Of a stretch of DNA of 64,000 nucleotides, positions 1 to 13,038 are shown in pieces. The notes under the pieces were generated by a model. The model was given only the letters and a program-made list of their open reading frames with translations, had not been told where the DNA came from and did not search any database. The stretch's first letter is position 1; every line of letters begins with the position of its first letter. The position numbers and the translations under genes were made by a program. This stretch comes from Podospora anserina (Eukaryota), in assembly GCA_017654855.1 (NCBI GenBank), contig CM030332.1, forward strand, positions 4,836,001 through 4,900,000, written 5' to 3'.

Positions 1-3
1 AAC

Positions 4-2462
4 ATGAACTCCCAGGAGCTTACCCAGTACTACGCCGATGCCCCGCCTGCTGTCGTCAGGCTCGAAATCGAGAAGCACTTCAACGCCTTGGATGACAAGG
101 CAAAACGTTATGCCCACTTTATCAGCCGGTAAGGGAGCCTACTTATAACTCATTACTGGTCACATGAGTCCATCCATCCCTGAGGTTGGGCTTCTACGCA
201 CCTCTGCCATTCCCGCGTGATCACACCTTATAATTCATATGTATTTGTAAACAAAGCAACACAATTGCTAACACCTGGGACAGAGCATCCCTTGCGGGTA
301 ACCGCATAGTCTTGAGGCAGGTCTCACCCGAGTCCGAGTCCATCTATGATTTTATCATTACTCTTCACAGGGCCGCCGCTGGTGATTGGAAGGGTCTTGC
401 CAAGAAAGTTGGTGTTGACGAGGCCGGTCTTTCAGCTTTCCTCCAATATGCTGCTCAGTTCCTCGGCAACAGTGGCAACTACAAGAGCTTTGGCGACTCC
501 AAGTTCATTCCAAGGTGTGATGAGTCCGTCTTCACTACTCTTGCCTCTGCCTCGCCCGAGGCGGAAAAGTACTTGAAGGCTACGGATGGCGCCATCTTCT
601 CAGCTGACAAGCCTGGCCTGCTTCACCTCGGTTTCACGGACGAGGGTCACTTGACCACGTACTACCCGGACTCTCCTAGCATCACCAAGGATGAGATTGA
701 TGCTGTGGCCAAGTGGATGCAGGTCAAGGGATTGCTCCCAGAGAATACCAGACTCCGCAAGACTGAGGATGGTGTCTTTGAGCTGCTCATTGCATCCGCT
801 ATCACCAGCCTTCCTGCCGGTGGTGGCGATGCCGGGAAGGAGGCCGAGTTTGTGATCAGCGAGGGGCCTCTTGAGGGCAAGACCATCAAGCTGGTCTATG
901 GTGACTACTCCAAGGAGATGGCTGAGATCACCAAGAACATCAAGAAGGCGGCTGAGAATGCCGAGAACGAGACCCAGGTCAAAATGCACACTGCGTATGC
1001 CAAGTCCTTTGAAGAGGGCTCTCTTTTGGCGTTCAAGGACTCTCAGAGATATTGGGTGAAGGATCAAGGGCCGATGGTCGAGTCCAACATTGGTTTCATC
1101 GAGACCTACCGGGACCCTGCCGGTATTCGTGGCGAGTGGGAGGGCTTTGCTGCCGTTGTTAACCAGGACAGAACTCGGGCCTTTGGCGAGCTCGTCAGAT
1201 CCGCCCCATCACTTATCCCTCTCCTGCCATGGGGCAAAGATTTTGAGAAGGACAAGTTCCTGTCCCCAGACTTCACGTCGCTTGAGGTGTTGACGTTTTG
1301 CGGGTCCGGCATCCCGGCCGGTATCAACATCCCCAATTACGACGACATCCGACAACTTGAGGGCTTCAAGAACGTGTCTCTCGGCAATGTACTCAGCGCC
1401 AAGGCCCCAGATGAGAAGATCCCCTTCATTGCGGAGAGTGATCTTGAGGTGTATAAAAAGTACAGAGATGCTTCTTTCGAGGTCCAGGTCGGTCTGCACG
1501 AATTGACTGGACACGGTTGCGGCAAGCTTCTACAGGAGACCGCCCCCGGCGTTTACAACTTCGATGTCAAGAACCCACCTGTGAGCCCAGTCACCGGCAA
1601 GCCTATCACCACGTGGTATAAGCCGGGCCAGACCTGGGGTTCCGTCTTTGGTGGTCTTGCTGGTGCTTATGAGGAGTGCCGTGCTGAGCTTGTGGCTATG
1701 CATCTCAGGTTTGTTTTCTCGTCTAGATTATGTGCGGTATAGCCTCTGACATGGAGACAGCTGTGAATTCTCCGCCCTCAAGATCTTCGGCTTCGGTGAC
1801 GGCTCCACGGACATTGACGGCGAGGCTGGGGATGTTCTGTATGCCTCGTACCTCAGCATGGCTCGTGCTGGTTTGACATCCATCGAGTTCTGGGACCCCA
1901 AGTCTCAAAAGTGGGGGCAGCCTCACTGCCAGGCTCGTTTTGCCATTCTCAAGGTATGCTTTTGCGCTGTATAAGGCGCTGGAATTGTTGTGCTAACCGG
2001 CATGAAACAGTCTTTCCTCGAGGCTGAGGATGATTTCTGCAAGCTGGAGTACAAGAATGAGGATCTCTCTGACCTCACCATTCGCCTTGATCGCTCCAAG
2101 ATTTTGACCAGTGGTAGAAAGGGTACGTTGAGTTTCAGTGTTTTTTTGGGTATCTGGTTCAAAGAACAAAAACTAACTCGTGTTTTCCTGCAGCCGTTGG
2201 TGACTTCCTCCAGAAGCTCCACATCTACAAGTCCACTGCTGATGTCGAGACCGGTTCCAAGTTCTTTACTGAGATGAGCAACGTTGGTCTTGAGTACTGG
2301 GGCACCAAGGTCCGGAATGTGGTTCTTAAGAACAAGCAGCCGAGGAAGGTCTTTGTCCAGGCCAACACTTACCTGGATGAGAAGACCGGTCAGGTCACGA
2401 TCAAGCACTATGAGCCAACGCTGGAGGGTGTGATCGAGAGCTGGGCTGACAGGGAGGAGTGA
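4..2462 (+). CDS. DPP3: Dipeptidyl peptidase III (M49 zinc peptidase), ~707 aa; exons 4-128, 284-1708, 1761-1953, 2011-2122, 2194-2462
   Basis: HELTGH (HExxGH) and EECRAE motifs, plus [15 protein letters not shown] and GFIETYRDP. Four GT..AG introns with CTAAC/CTGAC branch sites join the ORF pieces in frame. Confidence 0.95.
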
Positions 2463-3148
2463 CTGTCGATTGCAAGAGGTGGTGGGGTTGAGGAAGGTAG
2501 AACATGGCTTCGATCTGTCCTTTAAATACCTAGTCGACAGACAAAGCAACCTGTGGCCAAAGACCGAGGTTGAATTGAATGAATCAACACAAGAATCTTC
2601 ACTCAAAGTGGTTGTGTACCAAGCAAGTAAAAGTATTCAAATCGCTCATATTTTGATAACCATAACAGTATTAAAATGACAAAGAAAGACATGAAGACAA
2701 TAAAAGCATAGCATTCCTCCCAGCTTTGCAAGTAGAAAATAACCCAGTGAACCGTTTTCCTTTTGGGGTATCAATGGTTCGTCTCCCCCCTCCTCTGCTC
2801 TTTCTTGCATTCCCTTCCTTCATAAAACAAAATCAGTACCCGCCACCAAAGTGCGCCAAATCCCTCACTGCCAACACCATCTAGGCCTGTCTGTCCATCA
2901 CACAGCATTCCCCTCTGACCCTTTTCTACCTCCCAGATCTGATCTGAACATGACTGATCCATACACCAAAGATTCCAACCACTTTGCCTGTCAACCTAAG
3001 GGCCTCCCACGCACTCATACCCGGCGCGCATCTCCTTCTTGACTCAAACATCTCGAACTCGACCATTTGATCTCAGCTACCGTCCTGTCGGCATGCCTAC
3101 CCCCTCCAAAAAAAAAAAAAAAAAGGAAAAAAACCTGTAATCAACCCC

Positions 3149-5299
3149 TCACGTCTCCTCCCCCTGACTCCCCTCCATCTCAGGAGCCTCACTAGACCTC
3201 ATATCCCCCCCCTCCTCCCCCCCACTGTCCCCCCTCCCTAGATTATGCGTCTTCATATGCCTCCTCAGCTGGTCCTGCCTGTGAAAGTTCCTGTCACACC
3301 CCTCCACCAAGCAGTTAAACCTCCCTTTCACCTCGTGCGTCCGCTTGTGTTTCGACAGGTTGCTCGACTCGCTGAACCCTTTACCACAAACAGGGCAGGT
3401 GAGGGGCTTAGCGCCGCTGTGGACTCTTTGGTGCATTGCTAAGAGACAGATAAGTTAGTGATGATGGGGAAGGGAAAGAAAAGGGGGGGGGGGGACAGAC
3501 TGAGAGCAGAAGGGTAACGAAACGTTTTGCTGCATAGGCTGCAAGAAAGAGGCTTTTCGTTGCTGTGGATAAACAGGTGTTGAGTCAGGGCTTGTTTTGC
3601 CGAGAAGCCCTTTTGGCAGACGGGGCAGATGTGTGGTTTGTCTATGGGGTTTGTTAGCAACTCAACAGGGATGGGAAGGGGAGAGGGAGGGGGGATCTTA
3701 CGCCCTATATGTGTCTGCATATGTCTTTCGATTTTACTCCTCTGCGGAAAACCACTCGCACCCGGAGCACTCCGCGGGCAGTCATCCCACCCACATCTGA
3801 ACCCCTGATCCCCTGGACGCTTTTGCGCATGTTTGATGTGGCAGTTGGATGCGTGTCTGAACAACGCCTCGGCGTCGTCGAAAACAAACCCGCAGATTTC
3901 AGAAGCGCCTTCTTCCCGCCAGAGACAGCGGTGTTCTTCTGTTTCCATCTTGACATTGTCGTCGTCGTCTGTTGACGTGACTATGGAGAGGCTTCGACTG
4001 TGCTTGACGTCGGTCATTTCAACGTTAGTCGACGTAGGGGTTAATGGTGAGGGAGTCCCGAGTGAGGCTGTGGTGTCAGAGGTGTCCAGGGCTGGTTCTG
4101 GGGGTGACATTGTTTCCCTCGATGAAATGATGTTATGGTTCTGAAAGCCCCTCATTTGACCAGGCCTTGTACTTGGTGGCGGCGGCATGTTCGCGAATTG
4201 GACTTTGTGATGAGAGAAGAAATGGGCCGCATAAGCCTCCGGGTCGTGGTACTGAGCTCCACACTCTTGTAACATCTGGTTGAGCTGATTCCTTTGGTTT
4301 ATTTGGTTCAACTGGTTCATCTGCTGGAGGTTGAACTGGTTGAAAGCATCGGTATTGTTGAAGACGGGCATGTGACATTGGGTATAGATGGAAGGATCCC
4401 CCAGTGGACATGGTGTGGTGCAAGGCTGCAAGTTTGAATCGTCGTGAGCAATTAGCAAGTGGTTTGCAACGCTGCCCACCGCGTTCCAGGGAGGCGATAG
4501 TAAAAAGTTGTTTTGAGAGGGCTGGGCCAGACCGCAGCCTAGGTTATTTATTGCTGTTCACCAAGCATGAGCCAAAGAATAACGCTTAAAGGGGGAACTA
4601 TGAAAGCCTACATTGTTGTTGGAAATCAAAACTGTGCTGCGGCGAGGACAGACCAGGCGCGTGGTTGATCGAGATGAGGGCAGCAGCCCCATCACGAACC
4701 TCCTCCGGTACATGAACAACAGGCCGCGAGGGGCAGTTCTGGTCTGTACAAGCGTCCTCTTCGGTTTCACATTCTTCCCCGGTGCACTTGCCCGTCATGG
4801 TACACTCGCTGTCACAGCACCCGCTGGCGCTCATTGATTGGCAATCCTCCTCCTCGCAGTGCGAGGCCATGGTGGAAGACATGTGGTGGTCAAAACACTG
4901 CTGGTACGGGTTCGACAGGTCAAGATCGGTATGGAACTGGTGCTGCTGGAGGGGCATGGTGCTGAGGTCCATTTGATATTGGTTGTTTTGCCATCGCGTC
5001 TGCGGCGCCAGAGAAGCTGGAGCCCCGCGATGGTTGAACTGTTGGAAGCCATTGTAGAGGCCGACGCCCATGCAGGCGTCTACGCAGAGATCGTCGTGCG
5101 ACTCGTAGGCCACGCTGCCCGTGTTCATCCGCGATGGATCGGTGCCCATATGCGCCATGGTCTGGTGTGAAAGCTGGCTCTGGGCCATGGCAGAGAAATC
5201 GAGATTGCTCAGTTGTTGGTCGCCGCTGCTCTGCGAGTGCCGGTGGAAGCCATCGCCGTATCCGGGAAAGCGTTGAGGTTGCCCGAAGGAGCCGTCCAT
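3149..5299 (-). CDS. ZAP1: Zinc-responsive C2H2 transcription factor, Zap1/ZafA-like; exons 5299-4612, ~4553 (or 4538)-3702, 3641-3501, 3438-3149
   Basis: Cys/His-rich acidic N-terminal region and a C-terminal C2H2 array. The array includes tandem CW fingers (CLWRE, CGWDDC), FPQRSKIERH and CGKGFSESSNLSKHKRTH, which closely resemble yeast Zap1 fingers. Introns keep the frame. Confidence 0.8.
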
Positions 5300-6677
5300 G
5301 ATTCGGCGCGCTTCTGAGCGCCCAAGAATTGGGGACGGGGGACGGGGGACGGGGGGTGGGCGGGTGAGGGCGAGGGCGAAGAAGCGGGTGGGTTCGGGGC
5401 AACGGCCCAATAAGCGACGAGTCGGCAGCGGGCAGCGAACGGTGGGTTGTGGGCACCTAAGGGACGACTACTGAGTGTGCGCCGGAGAGGGCATCTACAA
5501 CGACGACGACAGTGATGGCGGGATGAAAGGCGGGCGGTTGCTTGAAGAAGCTTTGGGCAAATGGCGGCTCTGCGCTTGAGAATTGATGGGTCGGCAGGTT
5601 GTGGATCAGAAAGGCGAGCACGTCGACAATATTATTTTGCACTTTGTGAGAACCTTGACGGCCTAGCAAAAGACCCGCTGTGCGTCTCTTACTGGTCCCA
5701 GTCCCACCTGCCTCACTCGCTCTTTGACTTGTACTTGACATGTGCAATTGACCAACCAATTCAAAACTCGAGTGAAACTGTTTTACTGATATTTAGGGAA
5801 CAGAATCGTTGTATAATTCAGATGCAGGCATCTTTTGACACCTCCTGAGCGTCCTCTTTCCATCTTGTTTGGTGGTGTTCTTCCCTGTGGGCCAACTGCC
5901 CCCTCCAGGGCACCGGACGTGGGGTTCACAATCGATGCGGGGCTTCAAAGACGGGAAGGAAAAGGACTATCTTGATTGGCTGGACACTTCATCATTGGTT
6001 TCACTGCCATTGTTACATGCCTTTTCGAGGTGTGGACTCGGGGGGGCTCTCTATACTCAGATACATATATGTACTTAGATGTCCACGTAACGGGCTGATG
6101 TGCCTTCGATTTGTCAAGCCAACAGCATAAATCTCCATGGGCACATGCCACTGTTCGACTCCCCAGCATGTGAAATTTGCCCCTGTTGATCGCAAGTCAA
6201 CTGATGATGATGATGAGACTGAGACCAATCTTGACTTTGATACGCAGCTCAGGCACCCGGCTTCCCCAGTAAACTTGACATAACCCGTATATGCACAACA
6301 TCAGGCCTCTCTCCTCTCATTGGGAAGAGCACTAGACCCCAATCCCATTGTTCCTGAACGGCAGGGCGTCGTCGGCATCTGCCATCAGCGAACGACCTAG
6401 CCAAGAGCCTCCTTCGGCTCGGCTTGCCGGGCGCGGGCCAAGCCATCGCCAGCCACGTCAACTGCCTACAGAGTGCGGTCTTCGCCTTGACGCCGAGATC
6501 AAACCCGCCAGTGATATCACCAATCCATACCAACCAGTTCAATTTACAAGTAAATCACTACTTTCAAAACACCATATTCCGAGTAATCATCCCGCCCACC
6601 AAAATCACCATCACCCAACCTTATCTCCAGCCACAGCCCCTCACCTCACTCACCAAAAGTATCATATCACCCACACC

Positions 6678-7122
6678 ATGGGCAACCTCTGCGGCAAACC
6701 CTCCTCGGACGCTTTCTCCTCCCCCGGCCGCCGGCTGGATTCCGCCCCTCCCCCCGGTAAACCCTCCTCCGCCTCCGTCCCACAGTCAGTCTCCGCCGCC
6801 AAAACCTCCAAAGCCCCCCCGAAAGTCGGTGGTCCTCCCCGGACCCTGGGCGGCGGCGGTGATCCCTCTTCATCTCAAGATGACGCGAGGAGAAAAGCTG
6901 CAGAGGCAGCAGAAGTATGCCACCCACACTCGCACCACTTGATGATAATGCTGACACCTCTCCCAGGCCCGTCTCCAGCAATCCAAAAAAGGCGGCAAGC
7001 TACAGGCCCAACTGGATAAAGACAAGGCAAAGACCAGAGTCGATACCCTCAAGGACGCGAGTGAAATCGAGAGGCGGCATCGGGATGCGGACAGCAATGC
7101 TGAGATTTTGCGGAATTCCTAG
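6678..7122 (+). CDS. Small lipidated protein (130 aa), SVIP-like Cdc48/VCP-interacting candidate; exons 6678-6914, 6967-7122
   Basis: N-terminus MGNLCG is a myristoylation/palmitoylation pattern. A 52-nt intron has GTATGC..CTGAC..CAG signals. The spliced sequence has RRKAAEAAEAR (R-x5-AA-x2-R). Confidence 0.75.
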
Positions 7123-7474
7123 ATTCCCTTGTTCTTGTTTCATGAGGTCGGGTGGTTAAGGTGGCGTTTTGGGTGTTGTGAGATGCCATTGTTTTGCATA
7201 CGTTTTGTTTTTGTTTTCTCATCTCACTGGAGCATCATTTTGTACATATTTCACATTCAGAGCAGCGGGCTACAGCAGGGTACAGTTGATTATCAAGTTG
7301 AATTGTTACAATACCCTCTCTCTCCTTCCATATACGCTATGAACACAAAACCCCTACATGATTGAAACACCATATGGACGCCAACCAATGTTGTTCCCAC
7401 TCTGAAAGCTTTCGCCATGATGAAGCATAACAAACCGGCCCCTGACGAGAAATCCTAGCACAAATCCCCCCTTT

Positions 7475-10400
7475 TTATGTGATGGTATACCTCCCACTAG
7501 CAGGCGCCCTGCTCTCCGCATCCGCCGCGGCAATCGTGCCCTCCCTCAACAACCGAGTAAGCTCCGAAAGCGCGTTGCCCACCACCACCTCGGTATCACC
7601 CTCAATAAGAATATACAACTTCGCCTCCTGGCCCGGCCCGGGCTCCTTCCCGGGAGGATAGTAAGTACCCTTTGTGGTGATCGACGTCCCAGTAGCCTCC
7701 AAGATTTTGGCCACGTTCGTGCGGTTGGTGACCGCCCACCTGGCCTTTTGAGGGAAGTCGTTGATCTCCAATGTGGCATGAAAAGCACCCGCATCCGGAC
7801 CCTTATTGTCAATCGGCTGGCCTGGTCTAAGCTGGCCAGCTCTCGCCAATCGGGCGTTGATTTCGCTGATGGCCGAGGCAGCCTTATCCAAAGCACCCCC
7901 ACCCTTGCCCGCGCCAGCACTACTGCTGCCGGCGATGACGCCGCTGCTCTTGATGACACCGTGCTCAAGCCCACCGCTAGTCTTGCCCTCCGCCGCCTCC
8001 GTCTTGGAGGCATCCCGAGAAACAATGGCGCTGACAGCAGCCTGGATGGCTTCCTTCGCCTTGTCCTTCTTGGTCTCTTCGTCCTTGTCATCTCCCTTGT
8101 CTTCTTCCTCCTCGCCTTCGGCCTTGTGGGTTTTGCGCTCGCGAAGACGAGCAGCTTCACGCTCCTTGTCCAGCCTCTCCAAACCTTTGCCACCAAATCC
8201 ACTGGCGTCTTTGGCTTTGCCAGCCTTGACTTTCTCTTTCCAGGACTTGCGCATCTCATTGAGCCGTTCCGGGACAGGCTGCCCACTCTGCTCGAGAGCC
8301 TTGGCCACACCAGGAGCACAGTTCTCTTGCTCTTCGGTGATAAAAGTGACAGCTGTACCGGTGTTGCCTGCCCGACCAGTTCGGCCGGCACGGTGGACAT
8401 AATCTTCCAAATGGTTGGGGACATCGTAGTTGATGACCAGCTTCAGCTGCTTCACATCCAGACCGCGGGCCGCAACTGAGGTGGCGATGAGGATAGGGCA
8501 GACACCCTTCTTGAAATCAGAGATGGTAGAGTTGCGATCTTCCTGATCTTTGCCGCCGTGGATGGACATGCAGCCGTAACCGCGGCGCAGGAGCTCTCGC
8601 AACAGATCGTCCGTCTTCTCTTGACGCTCCACAAAGATCAGGGCGCGAACGTCATCATCGTCGGCATACAGCTCTCCGAGAAGCTCCAATAGGCGGACAA
8701 ACTTCTTGGACTCGTCAATGATCTCCACGACCTGAGTGATCTCGGGCGCCACGACACTGCGTCCTCCCACCGTGATTTCTACCGGGTCCCGAAGAACCTT
8801 TTTCGTCAGAGCGTCAATGATGCGAGGCATGGTGGCTGAAAACAAGATGGTCTGCCTATCCGGCCTGACATTATTGAAAATCTTCATGACCTGCGGCTCA
8901 AAGCCCATATCAAACATGCGATCTGCTTCGTCCAGCACCAAATACGTGGCACGCTTCAGGTTGGTTACACGTCCAGAATTGGCGGCCAGGAGATCAATCA
9001 TACGTCCGGGTGTAGCGACAATGATCTCGGCGCCACGCTTCAGCTCGGCGATCTGGTCCTTGATAGCATTGCCACCATAGGCAGCAACTGCACGAAGCTT
9101 CAAAACCTTGGTAAACGGTAGCAGGTCGGTGTAAATTTGGGTGCACAGTTCTCTTGTGGGTGTCATGATCAGGGCGATTGGGCCATCGTCGCCGCTCACT
9201 GGGTCTTGATCCTTGATATGACGAAGCATTGGGAGCGCAAACGCCATAGTCTTGCCTGAGCCCGTCTTTGCCACACCGATTACATCTCGGCCAGACATGA
9301 TGACGGGCAAGGCTTGCATCTGGATTGGTGTAGGCTTCTCATAGCCGAGGCCTTCGATGGTGTCCAGGATGGGTCGCGTTAGGCCACACTGAGACCACTT
9401 TTGCACAGGTCTCGGGATATTCTTGCCAGAGACTTTGATGCCGTCCAACTCCAATCTAAGCTCGTTTGCTTCTTCCTCTGTCATTTGACTGAGGTCGAGC
9501 GGCTCAACCCAAAAGTTCTTCCGGATTTTGTTAAGCTCAAGCTTGCTATAGTCAATGACGGGAATGTCCTTCTTCTTTTTCTTGGCAGCCATGGCGAGAA
9601 TAGATGACGGGTCGGCCTTGTCTGCCTCGTAACCGTAATTGTCATCACTGTAGTACGCCTCAGGCTCAAACGCCTTCTTGCCGTTCGCTTGGTCGCCATT
9701 TGGTTTTGACGATATGCCGCTGCTTGGAACTTTCTGTTCCAGATCAGCCATAAAGGCATCCAGGGGATCAATCTCTTCGTCAACATCCATGGCGTTGTCA
9801 GCTGGTGTTGGGTCTTCCTTCTCGGCAGCGGGGATCTCGGAGTCTACCTCCATAGCCATGCCCTCTTTCTGGATGCGTTCATCGCGCCGTTCTTGGAGGA
9901 TTCGCTGTGCTTCGGCCATTTCCTCCTCGTTGCGACCCAAGACAAGATCCAAGTCGTCCTCGACATCGTCATCGGCATCAGCATCGACATATGGTGTAGT
10001 GTCAGCATTTTCTAAAGCGAAGTCGGGGAGCTTGACAAGTTTGCGCTTGATAATCTCCTCATCGTCCATGTCGAGCTTGCGCTTTGAGGTTGACTTTTGG
10101 TTGTCAGCAGCCTTCTGAAATCCGAACGTACTCAGTGTTCTGTTGGTGGGCAGAAGCCCGCCTTCCTTTTTGGCTACTATGGCCGACCCTCCCTGGCTGC
10201 TCAGTTTTACATCACCAAGTTTGACATCGCCCAGCTTGGTTGGTGAGCTGGCGCGGTTGCCCCTGGCGTTCCTGGCAATGGCCTTGGGGTCGAATTTGCC
10301 GACAAAAGCCTGAGTTGACGCCGGAGATGCAGCTGCAGTGGTGGGGGCAGGGCTGGTGGGAGTGGGCGAGGCCTTCGCAGGGCTGCTGGGGACGGTGCCG

Positions 10401-11202
10401 CCGGCTCTCTGGTCCATAGCTGCGAGTAGTTTCCTGGTGCTCCCGGCTGAAACATCGGCCTCCTTAGCTTCCTTCATGGCGTGCTTCTCCTTCATGGCTT
10501 GAAGTTTGCGCAACCGTTCAGCCTTCTTTTCAGCTTCCGACTGAGCTGGGGTTGGTGTAGACTTAGCTGGCTGTATGGTCGAGATGTTGTCAGTAAAACC
10601 TGCGAAAAATGTCGAAAACCAAGGGAACATACCTCGCTGGGCTTGATTGGTGCAGCACTCTCTGCTGGCTTGGGTTGACCCCGGGGTCGAGTGCCATCCC
10701 CCCGGTCTGTTGAGCCATCCCGGCGGGGCCTGCGGTCGCGGGAGTCATCCCTCCTAGAACGGTAGTCTCTGTCCCCTTCTCTACTATCCCTACCATCCCT
10801 GCTGCGAGGTCTTCGACGTTCTGGGGAGCGCACCCTATCAGGTCCTCTGTCGCGTGACCGTCTCCTATCACGGTGGCCACCACCCGCACCATCCCGACGT
10901 GCACCTCGGTAATAATCGTCATCTCGGCGGTCTAGGGAGCGGTCTCTCCAGCGATAAGAGTCGCGATCTCTATCTCGGTCCCGCTCGCGGTCACGGTATC
11001 GGCGCTGGGAAAGGACAGACATGTCAGCACCACACTGAACCCTATCTCGGGGGAACCAACTCACATCTGGGCTACGGGAGCGGCGGCGGCGATCACGCGA
11101 GCCATCACGGCGGTCGCGGTCGCGTCGATCATCCTCTTTCCGCTTTCGTGCAGCATGACTTCCTGCAGGAGATGGTGAGCGCGAGTCTCTGGGCCGAGCC
11201 AT
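7475..11202 (-). CDS. PRP5: Pre-mRNA-processing DEAD-box RNA helicase Prp5/DDX46; exons 11202-11065, 11004-10633, 10570-7475
   Basis: RS/RD-rich N-terminus, DPLDAFM motif, [30 protein letters not shown] and C-terminal [12 protein letters not shown]. Confidence 0.95.
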
Positions 11203-12032
11203 TCTGTGTGGTTTGACGGTGGCTCAGCAATTGTCTGTGGCGGTAAAGTACTTTTATGGAAGCAGTTGACTTCAAGTTAGTGTGCCGAATCGATATCTTC
11301 GATCTTCATGCCGATGTGGACGTGGTAGCGCTGGATATGATGTCTACAAACTCCCGAGTGTGAGGACGGAGGAGAGTTTCGAAGTCGCAGAACATCAAGT
11401 CACTGCAATGTGGACCGTGCTGGAGAAGTTTGAAGGTGGGACTTTGGAACACTGCACCGTGTTGTTTAACAGCTTTCCGTGACTTTCCACTGTGAGGTCT
11501 GGGCTTGCTCCTTTAGGGCATATCACAGTGTGGGTGAGCACGGTGGAGGTCAACATGACGTATAAACTGTGGTTCTGAGAAAGCTCAAAGCCAAAGACTC
11601 AACATGATATTGAAAAACTCAAACAATCTAAATAATATTCATAGAGCTGAAATATCAGTCATATATCATACGCTTCTTTCAACCAATCTCAAGCAATGGC
11701 AGTCGTTTTGTGTGTGCATGTACAAGAGGGCATCTTCAACAAAGAATCTCGGCAAATAGTCTGTGCGAATCCTGTCCCACCTTCTTGAGACCTGGGTCGC
11801 AGGTAAACAGCACCACGGCTCTTGCTTGCAGCTTGGGAGCACTGACCGCATCTTGGAAGCTTGGTAGCTAGGGTAAGAAGAAGCTGGCCAACCGCCTCCC
11901 AGCATAAAATCGCAATCTCCCCAGCAGCGTCACTGCAACAGCTGCTTGCTGCGAACCCCTCTCACCCCAACAACACCCGCCACCATCACACTACATCCAA
12001 TTGTAGCCTCAATTCCCACCGCCGCTGTCGCC

Positions 12033-13038
12033 ATGCTCTCCTCCACTGGGCTCGCGGCTGCCCGCCGGGTCCGCGTCATCGGCATGCGCTCAGTTTTCTC
12101 GAGCATTGCCCGTATCTCGACCCGCAGCGCAGCCTGCCCCAAGGTCCCCGCGAGCGTTCGCATTGCCGCCGTTTTCAATCGAGGATTTGCCGCCGCTGCC
12201 TCCCGCTCAGCTACCAAGACAGCCACAGCCACAGCCACCAGGAAGACTACTACTACCAAGAAGCCGGCCGCTAAGAAGACCACTGCTGCGAGGCAGAAGA
12301 AGAAGGCTGCATCGACGAAGAAACCCACAGCCAAGAAGGCTGCCCCCAAGAAGAAGGCTGTCCCCAAGAAGACAGGGCGCCCTAAGAAGACTGTCAAGGA
12401 AGTCCCAGAAAATGTGAAGCTTTTCCGGAAGGTCAAGGAGCTGAAAGCCAAGGCTCTTCTCAACGAGCAGCCACGCGGACTCCCAGCAAGGTCGTGGTTG
12501 GTTTTCGTGCAGAAAAACGGTGGTGTACCAAAAGGTCAGACCGCTACGGAGTTCATGTCGGCTATGAAGAAGCAGTTTGCGGCTCTCTCGTCTGTGGAGA
12601 AGCAGGCTCTTCAGGACGAAGCTCGTGCGAACAAGGTGAGGAACGATGCGGCCCTGATCAACTGGATCACGACGTATCCAGTTGAGACCATCGAGGCTGC
12701 AAACTTGGCTCGGAGCCATCTCAAGAGGCTCGGCAAAACAGCTAAGCTCTCCCTTCCTGACCCCCGCAGACCCAAGGGTCTTCTAAGTCCCTACATCATT
12801 TTCACGACTCAGCGAATGAAGTCTGGGGACCTTGACAACATTCCCCCCACGGCTAGAGTGGCTGCCATTGGCAGTGAGTGGAGGGCGTTGAGTGAGACTG
12901 AACGCCAGGTACGTGCCCAGCAGCTATACGACTTTTTCAATGTTTACTAACGAGGCTCGCCAGCCTTTCTACGAAGCCGCTGAGAAGGACAAGGAGCGTT
13001 ACAAGGTTGAGAGGGCGTCTCTTTCTCCTTCCCCTTAA
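12033..13038 (+). CDS. mthmg1: Mitochondrial HMG-box nucleoid protein with AT-hook (mtHMG1-like); exons 12033-12908, 12964-13038
   Basis: Arg/Ser/Ala-rich presequence lacking acidic residues, Lys/Ala-rich linker, AT-hook KKTGRPKK and two HMG boxes (PRGLPARSWLVF.., PKGLLSPYIIF..EWRALSETERQ|PFYEAAEKDKERY). Confidence 0.85.

Noticed and set aside
3108-3124. A17 run as a retroelement tail
   Set aside because: No target-site duplication or element body. It is a simple U-rich tract just after the ZAP1 stop.
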